Below are positions 48,089 through 58,924 of a DNA stretch of 64,000 nt, one piece after another (within the stretch, counting starts at the first letter, position 1; each line of letters starts with the position of its first letter). The notes beneath the pieces were generated by a model, which did not search any database, was not told the DNA's origin, and worked only from the letters and a program-made list of their open reading frames with translations. The stretch is from contig CDROCS010000998.1 in assembly GCA_977020255.1 (NCBI GenBank), forward strand, positions 186,001 to 250,000, given 5' to 3'. The position numbers were made by a program, and so were the translations under genes. This DNA is from Obrimoposthia wandeli. Lineage: Eukaryota.

Positions 48089-49525
48089 ATGGTAATGACA
48101 GAAGAAGTATCCACACCCTTACTGCCTTTTCTTTCCCAAATAATGGCGGTATTCGATCGCATGTCCAGCTCGTACATTATTATCGATGCGACAGAAACGA
48201 TTATTGCCTATAACGAGATGAGTGCGAAACTGGATGGTGTAGAGGTAGAAAAAATACTTCATAGAAAATTGCTAGATGCCTTTCCAAGTCTAACAAGAAG
48301 CTCAAGTTCAATGATCGTGGTACTCAATAGCAATGAACCTATCTGGAACAAAGCACAGAGCTACCAGACACCTGCAGGTAAGGTGATGACCCTAACCTCG
48401 TCAACATTTCCCATTGTTAACTCGGATAATACGATAATGTTTGTCATCGAAGTCGTTCATGACATCAGTAATTTAAGAGAGTTAACCGATCACGTTATCC
48501 ATTTGACAGAGACCTTAAAGGAAGCACATTCCCTTTCGAATAAGAATCTACAGATTGTAACGAAGAATAAACTGTTCAAACGGGTACTCAAAGAGGCGAA
48601 GTGTTTCGCTCAAACACCGCTCCCAGTCTTGATCGCTGGTGAAACAGGCACAGGAAAGGAATTAGTTGCTCAGTATATTCACCTAAACAGCACGGTAAAA
48701 GATAGTACGATGGTCACTATCAACTGTGGTGCTATCCCGCCAACCTTAATTGAAAGCACACTCTTTGGAACAGTAAAAGGCGCGTTTACTGGGGCTGAAA
48801 ATAAAAAAGGACTATTAGAATTAGCGAATGACAGTACGCTGTTTCTCGATGAAATCAACTCAATGCCGATTGAAGTACAAAGTAAACTATTGCGAGTTGT
48901 TCAAGATGGTTATTTTCGACCTCTGGGAGGGAATAATGAAAAAAAAGTAACCATTCGTTATATCGTTGCGATGAATGAACAACCTGAGGTTGCGATTCAA
49001 AAAAAACACTTACGCTCAGATCTATTCTATCGTCTCGGTGTTTGCATGGTTGTTCTCCCCCCGTTACAAGATAGGTTAGATGATATACCACACTTGGTTG
49101 AATTCTTTATCCGTAAACATAATCCATTGTTAAACACTCATATTAATGGCTATACATCGGACTTTATTCGATCTCTTGAGTCACGATCATGGCCTGGAAA
49201 TATACGGATGCTAGAAAATGTAGTACTCCGTAGCATGTTAATGTGTTCACAAACCAATGATGACGCACTGAATCAATATCACCTCGACACATTAACCCAG
49301 CCTTTCACCGCGATAGAGCCCATCACGCATTATCAAGAAAAGTCGTCGATAAAAAATAGAGGGATCCCTGAATCACTCACCGAGCATCTTGCGAGCTATG
49401 AAAAACAATTATTATCGAGCGCAATGGCACGTTATAAAAACAACCATAGCGAAGTGGCGAGACAACTTAAAATACCCAGAACTACGCTGCAAAGTAAACT
49501 ACGAAAATATGGAATAACAGCATGA
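48089..49525 (+). CDS. PAS + sigma54-interacting AAA+ + Fis-HTH activator (RocR/DdaR-like)
   Basis: [53 protein letters not shown]. Confidence 0.93.
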   Translation: MVMTEEVSTPLLPFLSQIMAVFDRMSSSYIIIDATETIIAYNEMSAKLDGVEVEKILHRKLLDAFPSLTRSSSSMIVVLNSNEPIWNKAQSYQTPAGKVMTLTSSTFPIVNSDNTIMFVIEVVHDISNLRELTDHVIHLTETLKEAHSLSNKNLQIVTKNKLFKRVLKEAKCFAQTPLPVLIAGETGTGKELVAQYIHLNSTVKDSTMVTINCGAIPPTLIESTLFGTVKGAFTGAENKKGLLELANDSTLFLDEINSMPIEVQSKLLRVVQDGYFRPLGGNNEKKVTIRYIVAMNEQPEVAIQKKHLRSDLFYRLGVCMVVLPPLQDRLDDIPHLVEFFIRKHNPLLNTHINGYTSDFIRSLESRSWPGNIRMLENVVLRSMLMCSQTNDDALNQYHLDTLTQPFTAIEPITHYQEKSSIKNRGIPESLTEHLASYEKQLLSSAMARYKNNHSEVARQLKIPRTTLQSKLRKYGITA

Positions 49526-49591
49526 TCTTATTGCTCCGTTCACCAGTCTGCTTCAAAATGATTTTATCTGTCGTCGCTTTAAGTAAATATC

Positions 49592-50473
49592 ATGCGTATT
49601 GATGATCTAAAACTGTTCACAACTGTGGTTCAACTGGGTAGTTTTACTGCTGCTGCAAATGCCATGGATTTACCGCGTGCCAATGTGAGCCGCCGAATAG
49701 GTGAGCTTGAAAAATCACTCAATGCTCAACTCTTTTTTCGTACTACTCGAAAATTACGCTTAAGTCAGCATGGTGAAGCGTATTACAAAGAAGTCTTAAC
49801 CGTTTTAGACGCTTATCAAAAAGCCAATGATACCTTGCTGAAACTTGATGATCGTCCGGTCGGTAAAGTGAAGCTAGGATTATTACCTGAAAGTGACGAA
49901 GCTATTCAGCACATTCTCTACCAATTCCAAGATATGTATCCTGAAATCGATCTTGATATTCGCTCGACCAATAGCTGTTATACCGATATGTATGAGCAAG
50001 GGTTAGATCTCGCGATTCATGCCGGTAAACTTCATGACTCTAGCTTTGTTGCCCGTCATATAGCTCAACTCGGTCGAATGCTCTTAGCCAGCCCAAAGTA
50101 TATCGAACAATACGGCATGCCAAATACATTGGCAGAACTCGCCGCTCATCAATGTATTTGTTACCGCTGGCCAGATGGCACATTGGAAGATAATTGGGAC
50201 CTGATTGATGAAGAAGTAAAAGTTACCTCTCGCCTCGCCAGTAATAATATCGGCTTTATACGCCGAGCCATGCTAGATGGACGAGGAATTGGTATTTTAC
50301 CTCCACTGCTTGCACTTGCCTCTATGGAAAGTGGAGCTTTGGTTCGCGTTTTACCTCAATATCAATCTCGTGCCGATGACGTGTGGTTATTGTATCCAGA
50401 TCGTCACGGTATCAGCCGTGCCACCCGTTTATTGATTGACTTACTATTACAAGAGTTACCAAAAAAACTTTAA
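49592..50473 (+). CDS. LysR-family regulator
   Basis: GSFTAAA..LPRANVSRRIGELEKSL..LFFRTTRKL HTH; substrate-binding domain. Confidence 0.95.
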   Translation: MRIDDLKLFTTVVQLGSFTAAANAMDLPRANVSRRIGELEKSLNAQLFFRTTRKLRLSQHGEAYYKEVLTVLDAYQKANDTLLKLDDRPVGKVKLGLLPESDEAIQHILYQFQDMYPEIDLDIRSTNSCYTDMYEQGLDLAIHAGKLHDSSFVARHIAQLGRMLLASPKYIEQYGMPNTLAELAAHQCICYRWPDGTLEDNWDLIDEEVKVTSRLASNNIGFIRRAMLDGRGIGILPPLLALASMESGALVRVLPQYQSRADDVWLLYPDRHGISRATRLLIDLLLQELPKKL

Positions 50474-50474
50474 T

Positions 50475-50493
50475 TGTCATGATTATCGTGACA
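50475..50493. promoter_or_regulatory. near-perfect palindrome upstream of RND operon
   Basis: TGTCATGATTATCGTGACA; CATGATTATC recurs at 50510-50519. Confidence 0.5.
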
Positions 50494-50571
50494 GTCATTC
50501 ATGCATTGGCATGATTATCTATTGCGATGAACCGATTAGACTGGCCCTCATAATGACAGTGGGAGTCAATA

Positions 50572-51762
50572 ATGAAAAAATTATCGCTTATAAAACAAGA
50601 AAATAGATTAAAAAAGTCCGTCGCCTTATGCCTGATTGCGCCAATTACAGCCGCAATATTAACAGGGTGTACTGAAGCACCAGCGATGACGGCAGATAAA
50701 TCCCCTCGTCCTATTCAGGTAATGCAATTAAATGCGCTCGATAGCACCAGTATTAAACGCTTTTCAGGTGTGCTTGAATCGGCTGATTCAGCCAACCTGG
50801 CTTTTCGTGTTCCGGGTACTATCACCGAGATATTATTCAATGCGGGTGACGCGATTCAACAAGGTCAGGTTATTGCCCGCCTCGATCCGAATGATTACCA
50901 AGTTACGGTCTTAGAATTAGACGCCCGTTTAGCAGAAGCGAAAGCGGCACATAAACTTGCGACCATTGAATTAAAACGCGTGAAACAAGCAACGGGAGAT
51001 AACGCCATTGCTGAGGTCAATTTAGATCGTGCAATCAGTGGTTACGAGCGCAGTAAAGCCATGGTACAAGTCGTACAGCAAAATCTAAAAAAAGCCCAAG
51101 ATGCGTTGTCTTATACCGAGCTAAAAGCCCCATTCGATGGTGTCATTGGTCATCGTTTCTTTGAACAATTTGAGCAAGCAGCTCCAGGCATTCCAGCCTT
51201 TACCTTACATCAGCCTAACCAATTACAAGCGGTGATTGATGTACCTGAAAATCTAGCCAATCAATTTATTTCGATGAAAAGAGCACAAATTCGACAAAAT
51301 CAAAGTAATAGCGAACTTCAACAAATAGAACACACGAGCCAACAACAAGTAAATGTAAGCTGGTACGGCAGCCAACAATCGATTCCTGCCACCTTGAAAG
51401 AAATCAGTACCATTCCTGATCCGATCAAGCAAACCTTCACTGTCACCTTTTTATTAAGTAATACTGACGACAGCTTATTAGCCGGTAAAGCCATTCAGCT
51501 TGATGTCCCTTTCCAGCAAATAAACAGTCAATATTGCGTGCCATATTCCTCGCTGATATCAAGCAATGAGCAACAGTCTGTTTTTCTCGTTAAAGACAAT
51601 ATTGCAATAAAAACCCCAGTATCGGTCAATGCCCTTAATGCAAATAAAGCCTGTATTACTGGCGAGCTTCAAGCCGGTGACAAAGTAGTGACTGCGGGTG
51701 TGCATTTTTTAGAAACCGGTATTCAGGTTGGTAAAACTGAAACAATCAATATCACCCAATAA
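50572..51762 (+). CDS. RND efflux periplasmic adaptor subunit
   Basis: Lipobox-like LTGC; LAFRVPG, coiled-coil hairpin, LKAPFDGVI, GEL.AGDKVV. Confidence 0.94.
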   Translation: MKKLSLIKQENRLKKSVALCLIAPITAAILTGCTEAPAMTADKSPRPIQVMQLNALDSTSIKRFSGVLESADSANLAFRVPGTITEILFNAGDAIQQGQVIARLDPNDYQVTVLELDARLAEAKAAHKLATIELKRVKQATGDNAIAEVNLDRAISGYERSKAMVQVVQQNLKKAQDALSYTELKAPFDGVIGHRFFEQFEQAAPGIPAFTLHQPNQLQAVIDVPENLANQFISMKRAQIRQNQSNSELQQIEHTSQQQVNVSWYGSQQSIPATLKEISTIPDPIKQTFTVTFLLSNTDDSLLAGKAIQLDVPFQQINSQYCVPYSSLISSNEQQSVFLVKDNIAIKTPVSVNALNANKACITGELQAGDKVVTAGVHFLETGIQVGKTETINITQ

Positions 51763-51773
51763 GGAACAGAACG

Positions 51774-54700
51774 ATGAATTTAGCGGAATTTGCTATTAAG
51801 CAACGCACTTTCGTGGTTTTTTTCTGCGTATTGTGTGTGATTACAGGTATTGGTTCATATTTTAAACTCGGAAAGTTAGAAGACCCTTCTTTTACCGTAA
51901 AAAGCGCAGTGGTAGTAATACTCTACCCGGGTGCATCAGCGCAAGAAGTAGAGCAACAAGTCACTGATAAAGTTGAAACTCGGTTACAAGAAATGGGCTC
52001 AGTATGGAAACTGCGTTCATTGTCTCGCCCGGGTAGTTCAATGATTTTTGTTGATCTGCAAGAAGCAACCAATTCTAAAGATCTGCCACAACAGTGGGAT
52101 TTACTGCGTCGTAAAGTAAATGACGTAAAACTTACCCTGCCAGCCACTGCACAAATCAGTATTGTGCAAGATGAGTTTTCTGAAGTGTATGGCATGTTGT
52201 TTTCTGTTTATGGCGACGGCATTGAACCATCAGAGTTACGCTTATATGCCAAAGAACTTCAACGTCGCTTAAAAACCGTTGACGGTATCAAGAAAATTGA
52301 GCTCCATGGTGTACGTAATCAAGTGGTTAATATCGATTTACCTGACGAGCGTTTAGCGGAATACGGGATCTCTGCCGCGCAAGTTGTTAACCAACTGACC
52401 AGTCAAAATATGACGTTCGATGCGGGCAGTTACGCAGCAGGCGTTGAGCGTATTCGTATTGATCAAAGCAGCGCATTTAAATCGCTCGATGATATTCGCA
52501 ATTTAATGATTAAAGGCGGTGTAAGTAAATTCAGTACAGGCTTGATCCGTCTTGGTGATATAGCCAATGTTTCGATGGGTTACCAAACCCCTGCATTATC
52601 AGAAAGTCGTTTTAATGGTTACGATGCCATCACCCTTGCTGTTAGCCCAGTAAGTGGTGTTAACGTTGTGTCTTTGGGTGATTCGATCACCAGCATCATT
52701 AATGAGTATCAACAAACATTACCTATTGGGGTCGAGATTGGCACCATTGCTTTTCAACCTGATGAAGTCAGTAAATCAATCAATAACTTTGTGACTAACC
52801 TTATCGAAAGTGTCGCGATTGTTGTTATTGTTCTACTAATTTTTATGGGCTTTAAAAGTGCGGTCATTGTTGGTTCAAGCTTATTACTGACCATACTCCT
52901 CACGTTGATTTACATGTATGTGGCAGGTATCGACTTGCAGCGAGTCTCACTGGGTACTTTCATCTTAGCGCTCGGAATGTTGGTTGATAATGCCATCGTT
53001 ATCACCGATATGTTCATTGTTAAACTCAATAAAGGCGTAGAACGCACTAAGGCGGCAATTGAATCGGTCAAAGGGGCTGGCGTACCTCTGCTAGGTGCTA
53101 CCGTTATTGCGATTATGGGCTCGAGCCCTGTTCTATTTTCAAAAACAGATTCTGCTGAATTTGCCAGTTCGGTCTTTCTAATTGTCTGTTCATCGCTACT
53201 GTTTTCTTGGCTTATCGCCATGACAGTAACGCCGCTTATATGTTGGTTATGGATTAAACCCAAAAAAATCAAAGAAGGAGCAGTATCAGATCCTAAAGCC
53301 TCAGCTTACTATCGTGCAGTCTCTTGGACAGTCACAAACCCGCTAAAAACATTAGCATTATTGATCCCATTATTGGTTGCCACTGGTATTGCAGTACCCA
53401 AGGTAGCAATTAACTTTATTCCTAGCTCTGATCGCCCAATGGTCTTTCTTGATTACTGGCTACCTAATGGTGCCAAAATAGAGCAAACATCGACAGATAT
53501 GCAACGTATAGAACAATGGCTAATCAAACAGCCAGAAGTTACTACGATTTCAGCATATGTCGGTGCTAGTGCGCCTCGTTTCTCGGTCACCGTTGAACCA
53601 GAACCTTATGATCCAAGCTATGGTCAAATTGTTATCAATACCACAGACTATGAAGCCATCACCGCATTAACTCTGCGAGGTGATGCATGGCTTAAAGCTG
53701 AGTTCCCGTATGCAGAACCACGTTTTCGTCCTTTAAAGCTAGCAACCAAAGATAAATACAGTATTGAGGCGCGCTTTGTTGGCCCGGATCCAGAGGTATT
53801 GCAGCAATTATCAACGCAGGCCCAAGCCATTATGGCGGCTAACCCTCATACGAAATATATTCGTGATGATTGGCGCCAACCAAGCAAAGTCATTGTGCCG
53901 ATCATCAATCAGGAACAAGCCCGTCGTGCAGGTATAAACCGCACCGATATTGCGCTTGCGATGAAACGTGCAACCGATGGCGTCACGTTAAGCCAACTTC
54001 ACCAAGGGGATGAACTTATCCCTATCAAACTACGAAGTGCAGAAGCCAATATCGGATCGATGGAAACACTGCCTGTTCGATCGCTTCTAGGCATGCACAG
54101 CGTACCTTTAGGGCAAGTGGTTGATGGCTTCGAGCTTAAAACAGAGCAAAGCATGATTTGGCGACGTAATCGCTTACCTGCAATCACGGTACAAGCCGAT
54201 GTCAGTGGTGCTACTGCATCTGATGTGCGTAAGCAACTGGCTCAATCGATTGAATCTATTGCATTACCTGCTGGTTATCAGTTTGAGTGGGGAGGTGAAT
54301 ATTACGATGAGCACCGTTCTATCACTGACACCTTAAAGCAAATGCCTAAAGCGATGCTTATTATGGTCATCATTATGGTTGCCTTATTTAACGGCTTTAA
54401 ACAGCCCGTTATTATCTTAATCACGCTGCCTCTTGCTGCTACAGGCGCAACATGGACCTTGTTATTGTTGGACAAACCCTTTGGATTTATGGCACTCATT
54501 GGCGCTATCACTCTATCGGGCATGATTATCAAAAATGGCATCATGTTAATGGATCAAATCGAATTAGAGCGTGCTAATGGCCGTGAACTTGATGAGGCCA
54601 TTAAAGAAGCCACACTCAACCGAACCATGGCAATCTCAATGGGTGCGCTTACCACCGCACTAGGTATGATTCCATTATTATCGGATCGCTTATTCGACCA

Positions 54701-54836
54701 AATGGCTGCCACCATTATCGGAGGCTTAGCTGCAGCAACGGTACTGTCACTGTTTGTGATGCCCGCGTTGTATCGTCTGTTCTATCGCCCGAAAACAAAA
54801 GCTCAAGCAGAGGAGAGTCAATATGAAAACGCTTAA
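51774..54836 (+). CDS. RND efflux permease (AcrB/AcrD/AcrF family)
   Basis: EDPSFT, YPGASAQEVE, GMLVDNAIV (TM4), G..IKNGI, 1020 aa. Confidence 0.97.
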   Translation: MNLAEFAIKQRTFVVFFCVLCVITGIGSYFKLGKLEDPSFTVKSAVVVILYPGASAQEVEQQVTDKVETRLQEMGSVWKLRSLSRPGSSMIFVDLQEATNSKDLPQQWDLLRRKVNDVKLTLPATAQISIVQDEFSEVYGMLFSVYGDGIEPSELRLYAKELQRRLKTVDGIKKIELHGVRNQVVNIDLPDERLAEYGISAAQVVNQLTSQNMTFDAGSYAAGVERIRIDQSSAFKSLDDIRNLMIKGGVSKFSTGLIRLGDIANVSMGYQTPALSESRFNGYDAITLAVSPVSGVNVVSLGDSITSIINEYQQTLPIGVEIGTIAFQPDEVSKSINNFVTNLIESVAIVVIVLLIFMGFKSAVIVGSSLLLTILLTLIYMYVAGIDLQRVSLGTFILALGMLVDNAIVITDMFIVKLNKGVERTKAAIESVKGAGVPLLGATVIAIMGSSPVLFSKTDSAEFASSVFLIVCSSLLFSWLIAMTVTPLICWLWIKPKKIKEGAVSDPKASAYYRAVSWTVTNPLKTLALLIPLLVATGIAVPKVAINFIPSSDRPMVFLDYWLPNGAKIEQTSTDMQRIEQWLIKQPEVTTISAYVGASAPRFSVTVEPEPYDPSYGQIVINTTDYEAITALTLRGDAWLKAEFPYAEPRFRPLKLATKDKYSIEARFVGPDPEVLQQLSTQAQAIMAANPHTKYIRDDWRQPSKVIVPIINQEQARRAGINRTDIALAMKRATDGVTLSQLHQGDELIPIKLRSAEANIGSMETLPVRSLLGMHSVPLGQVVDGFELKTEQSMIWRRNRLPAITVQADVSGATASDVRKQLAQSIESIALPAGYQFEWGGEYYDEHRSITDTLKQMPKAMLIMVIIMVALFNGFKQPVIILITLPLAATGATWTLLLLDKPFGFMALIGAITLSGMIIKNGIMLMDQIELERANGRELDEAIKEATLNRTMAISMGALTTALGMIPLLSDRLFDQMAATIIGGLAAATVLSLFVMPALYRLFYRPKTKAQAEESQYENA

Positions 54837-56400
54837 GTGGTCTCCGATTGCCCTTGTACTTGCATTGACGCTAACCGGTTGTGCTGTAGGGCCTGATTAT
54901 CAAAAGCCAGAACACACGATTGACACGGAGTACTTATACCAAGATACAAAGGGTACAGTACAAGGTGATCAGCAAAATATTCAATCTCAAATCAATACTC
55001 AACACAGTAGTACGCCATGGTGGTATCAGTTTGATGATTCTATTTTGAATCAGTTGGTTGCAGATGCTCAACAACAAAACATCTCCTTAAAAATGGCCGC
55101 GGAACGCGTTAAAGCGGCACAGGCTTACCAACAAGCCATAGAGTCATTTAAAGTGCCAACCGTTAGTCTAGGTGCTGGCTACAGTACAGCGCAGTTCAGT
55201 GATAATGACCCGTTATTAGGTCCGGTTGTTTCAGCCAATAACCCACTGGGTGCGCCATTAATGGATGCTAAACAAAGTGGTTTTTTCGCTGGCGCAACCA
55301 TAGCTTGGGAAGTGGATTTATTTGGCCGTATCGATAGCCAAGCTCAAGCCGCTTCGATACGTAAAGAACAAGCCATCATTTTTCGTGAAGGCTTAAATAC
55401 CGCGATCACTGCCGATGTGATTCATAACTACTTGCAAATGCGAGGGGCACAAGAGCGAAAATCCATAGCAATGCAAACAGTTAACGATCAAAAAACCACA
55501 CTAGCATTAGTGACTAAAGTACTCGCGAGCGGGTACGGATCTGAGTTAGATTTGGCACGCGCCAAAGCCATGTTTGCTGCATCAAAAGCCGTAGTGCCAC
55601 AACTGGCAACAGCTGAAAATGTGCACCGCCAACGCTTAGCTATTTTGCTTGGTGATACACCGTCACAGATGCAGAATAGACTCAATCCAATCTCAGAAAA
55701 TAAGCTTGTGGTCAATACACAGAAAAAAGCACCATCAGTCGTCGGTTCACAGGAAAGAGACGCAACAACAGTTAAAAAAATGCCTGAAATGTCCGGTTTA
55801 ATCCCAGTAGGATTGCCATCAGACTTGCTACAACGCCGCCCTGATTTACGTATTGCAGAACGCGAAATGGCTGCGATAAATGAGGAATTAGGTGCAGCGA
55901 TTGCGGCAAAATATCCGAAGTTTTTCTTAACTGGCGCACCCGGTCTTGTGGCGAGTGATTTCGATGACGTATTTAGTAGCAGCTCAACTGCATGGATTGC
56001 CAGTGTAGGGGTAAGTTGGAATATTTTTGATGGTGGGCGAAGCGATGCCATGGTCGATATTCAAGAAGCCCGTTTTAAAAACAGTGCTCTTACCTATCAA
56101 TACGCCGTCAATAATGCGATCGGCGAAGTAGAAACCTTACTTCAAGGCTACGGTAATAGTCAGGAATATCAATCACTAGTATTAGAATCTAAACAGCAAA
56201 CAGATCGGGCCGTATCAAAAGCGGAATCACTTTATGAAGCAGGTTTAGTGGATTATTTATCAGTGCTAGATGCACAACGTCAGCAGCATTTATTACAAGA
56301 TAGGGTTGTTACTGCTCGCTTACAAACAGCTCAGGTAGCTGTGGGGTTGCACAAGGCTCTTGGCGGTAACTGGCAACTCAATTCCAATATGGCACAGTAA
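54823..56400 (+). CDS. RND outer-membrane factor lipoprotein (NodT/OprM type)
   Basis: LTGCAVGPDY, WW..F.D..L, WEVDLFGR, P.DLLQRRPD, ALGG.W. Confidence 0.96.
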   Translation: MKTLKWSPIALVLALTLTGCAVGPDYQKPEHTIDTEYLYQDTKGTVQGDQQNIQSQINTQHSSTPWWYQFDDSILNQLVADAQQQNISLKMAAERVKAAQAYQQAIESFKVPTVSLGAGYSTAQFSDNDPLLGPVVSANNPLGAPLMDAKQSGFFAGATIAWEVDLFGRIDSQAQAASIRKEQAIIFREGLNTAITADVIHNYLQMRGAQERKSIAMQTVNDQKTTLALVTKVLASGYGSELDLARAKAMFAASKAVVPQLATAENVHRQRLAILLGDTPSQMQNRLNPISENKLVVNTQKKAPSVVGSQERDATTVKKMPEMSGLIPVGLPSDLLQRRPDLRIAEREMAAINEELGAAIAAKYPKFFLTGAPGLVASDFDDVFSSSSTAWIASVGVSWNIFDGGRSDAMVDIQEARFKNSALTYQYAVNNAIGEVETLLQGYGNSQEYQSLVLESKQQTDRAVSKAESLYEAGLVDYLSVLDAQRQQHLLQDRVVTARLQTAQVAVGLHKALGGNWQLNSNMAQ

Positions 56401-56410
56401 AAATAAATAT

Positions 56411-56485
56411 GTAGTACGAACTTTTAAAGTGAGGTGTAGTTTGACTCCCACTCTAACAACATTTCACAACGAAAGTTCGTACTAC
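56411..56485. repeat. 75-bp element bounded by perfect 14-bp inverted repeats
   Basis: GTAGTACGAACTTT (56411-56424) and AAAGTTCGTACTAC (56472-56485). Confidence 0.8.
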
Positions 56486-56629
56486 CCTTTCTACATAGAG
56501 AGACAGACGCTAGTATTTAACGGCGGTTAAGCCGTGCTTGCACGCGTTGACACCAATATTGCCCTTCATTGATTCCACGGACTAAACCATTTATTGAACG
56601 ACACGCCAACAAAAAAAGAATTAATACAT

Positions 56630-57334
56630 CTACTCTGCGTTTAAATAACGAATCACCTTGCCAGGATTACCGCCAAACAATACATTTTCAGGGACATCTT
56701 TCGTCACAATACACCCAGCAGCAATAACAGAACCTTTACCAATACGAACCGGACGTACAATATGGCAATTGGTACATAACCACACATCATCTTCTATCAC
56801 TAAATCTGCCATTTTGGGGTTATCACGTTCATCAATATTCACACCATGACCACTATGGCCACTTATCATTGTTCTACCTGCAATCATCACGTTATTACCA
56901 ATAATGACTTTTGTCCCAACAGTAATACCAGTTTGCCAACCAATATAGCAATCACTCCCTATCACTAACTCGCACTGCTCATTATCAGGGTGACCATGAA
57001 TACTCATCGCACCATTAAGACAAGCATTATTACCAATAGAAATTGAAACCGGACCAGCGATTAATGGCATGCCATTTTCAAGTTGCAAACCATTTGCATA
57101 TTGAGTTAGCCGTGATTGCATCATAGGAACGTAGATAAATAAGTTCATACAACGTTGAAAAACGCCAACCATCAATTTGTAACAGAAGTAGATAGGCTTA
57201 TAGAGTATTGCTAGCGGTGGTAATTGCCCGTATTTTACAAATTTCACAATACGGTAAAGAAGTTTACTAACCATTGAATCTTGTCTTTTTATATTCCGTC
57301 TGAGTGTAGTGATCATCTGCCGCTCCTTTTTCAA
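56630..57334 (-). CDS. hexapeptide-repeat (LbH) O-acyltransferase
   Basis: Repeated IG..C.IG hexads; VRIGKGSVIAAG.IVTKDVP..GGNPGKVIR. Confidence 0.9.
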   Translation of the reverse strand: MKKERQMITTLRRNIKRQDSMVSKLLYRIVKFVKYGQLPPLAILYKPIYFCYKLMVGVFQRCMNLFIYVPMMQSRLTQYANGLQLENGMPLIAGPVSISIGNNACLNGAMSIHGHPDNEQCELVIGSDCYIGWQTGITVGTKVIIGNNVMIAGRTMISGHSGHGVNIDERDNPKMADLVIEDDVWLCTNCHIVRPVRIGKGSVIAAGCIVTKDVPENVLFGGNPGKVIRYLNAE

Positions 57335-57590
57335 TGGTAAAGCTTATACCCAAGTTACTTCAAGATACTTATAACGTTAATTAAGCCGTTCAGAATAAAG
57401 TGCCCGTGTCTGATTTATTTAGCTTCAACTTTGAATAACAGCCACAATAAAAACATACATAAAACATGCCAAATAATAGATATATCTTTGATATAAGCGT
57501 TTCCATCGTACGTTCTTAGCTTGCTTGCAATAAATGAGGTATGAAGATAGATATTTAGCGGTTCGCGATAAAGCAGATAAAAAGGCAAAT

Positions 57591-57619
57591 AAAAAAGAGG
57601 GCTTAAAGCCCTCTTTTTT
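57591..57619. terminator. intrinsic terminator of lpxL (symmetric, potentially bidirectional)
   Basis: AAAAAAGAGGGC-TTAAA-GCCCTCTTTTTT. Confidence 0.85.
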
Positions 57620-57624
57620 ATGAT

Positions 57625-58554
57625 TTACTTATACAGTGATGGCTCACCCTCTGGGCGGGTTTTAAAGCGGCGATGCAACCACAAGTATTGCTCTGGGGCT
57701 TCCATAATAGAGCGCTCAACAGCCTTATTAACGTAAGCGGCAGCAGCATCAATATCTTTATGTGGAAAGGCATCTAATGGTGGAAAAATCTTTAACGTAT
57801 ATTTTCCTGAATCGCTATTTCTAATCATGGTAAATGGTACAGCCGCACAACCCGATGCATCGACTAACAAGCTTGTACCTGTGGTTGTACAGGCATTTTC
57901 AACGGCAAATAGCGGTGCAAATGTCGAACGACGGGCACCATAATCATGATCAGGGGCGTACCAGACTAGCTCGCCCTTACGTAAAGCGCGCAGCATGCCT
58001 TTTACATCTTTACGATCTATCATGTCTTTGTTCGAGCGCGAGCGACCTTTATATTGAAAATAATCAAAACACGGGTTGTTATTCGGACGATACACACCAA
58101 CTCCTGGGGTGCTTAAACCAAACGCACGTGCACCTAACTCCAAATTCATCGAGTGAATAGCGATTAGTAAAACGCCCTTCCCTTCTGCCTGTAGCTTTTT
58201 AATGTGCTCTATACCTTCGATCTCAACATGGCGCTGCACACGTAGGTCTGGCCAAAACCACGCCATTCCAGTTTCGAATAACGCTAAACCTGTATTTTCC
58301 TGATTCTTATGAATCAAGGCATCACGCTCTGGTTCAGACATATCAGGAAAACACAGCTCTAGATTGCGTTTTACCGTTTCTCTACGACGGGATGCAAGAC
58401 GGAAAGCTAACCAACCAACACCTTGCCCCATACGGAATTGAATAAAATAAGGAAACCAGCTAATCAGATATAAAATTGATATCATCATTAACGTCGGCCA
58501 ATAACGTGGATGTAAAAAAGCTTTCTTAAACGTAGGGGGGGTAAATTTACTCAT
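57625..58554 (-). CDS. lpxL: lipid A late acyltransferase (LpxL/LpxP family)
   Basis: FLHPRYW, H....E(D) motif HSMNLE, YRP.NNP, APDHDYG, PEQYLWLHRRFKTRP. Confidence 0.93.
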   Translation of the reverse strand: MSKFTPPTFKKAFLHPRYWPTLMMISILYLISWFPYFIQFRMGQGVGWLAFRLASRRRETVKRNLELCFPDMSEPERDALIHKNQENTGLALFETGMAWFWPDLRVQRHVEIEGIEHIKKLQAEGKGVLLIAIHSMNLELGARAFGLSTPGVGVYRPNNNPCFDYFQYKGRSRSNKDMIDRKDVKGMLRALRKGELVWYAPDHDYGARRSTFAPLFAVENACTTTGTSLLVDASGCAAVPFTMIRNSDSGKYTLKIFPPLDAFPHKDIDAAAAYVNKAVERSIMEAPEQYLWLHRRFKTRPEGEPSLYK

Positions 58555-58924
58555 AACTTGGAAATAATTCCTTATTCATTGCACATAAAGAATGCTTGGT
58601 ACTCACAACAAAAAAACAGTGTATCATAACTGATCTTAATAACTTAAACCTAAGGTTTCCTAATAGATGTTCACAAAAGAAATAATCAGATCGGGAAATA
58701 ATGAAGTATAGCCATAAATAAATAGGCTGTACTTTCTTGAATAACACTGTGTTGATTGAAAGATATACCCAACGATATATTACGCTACTGCTTTATGATA
58801 TACCTGTTGATAATATCATTATATTTCTGAATAAAAGCTGAAAAAGGACTATTTAGTCAGTTATCTGTGCGCTATTTTTTGGAATCTTAGATTGATAATT
58901 AATATATAACTTTATTTAATGTGT

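Noticed and set aside
50507-50525. sigma54 promoter TGGCAT...TTGC before the RND operon
   Set aside because: GG-to-GC spacing is 14 nt, not 10.
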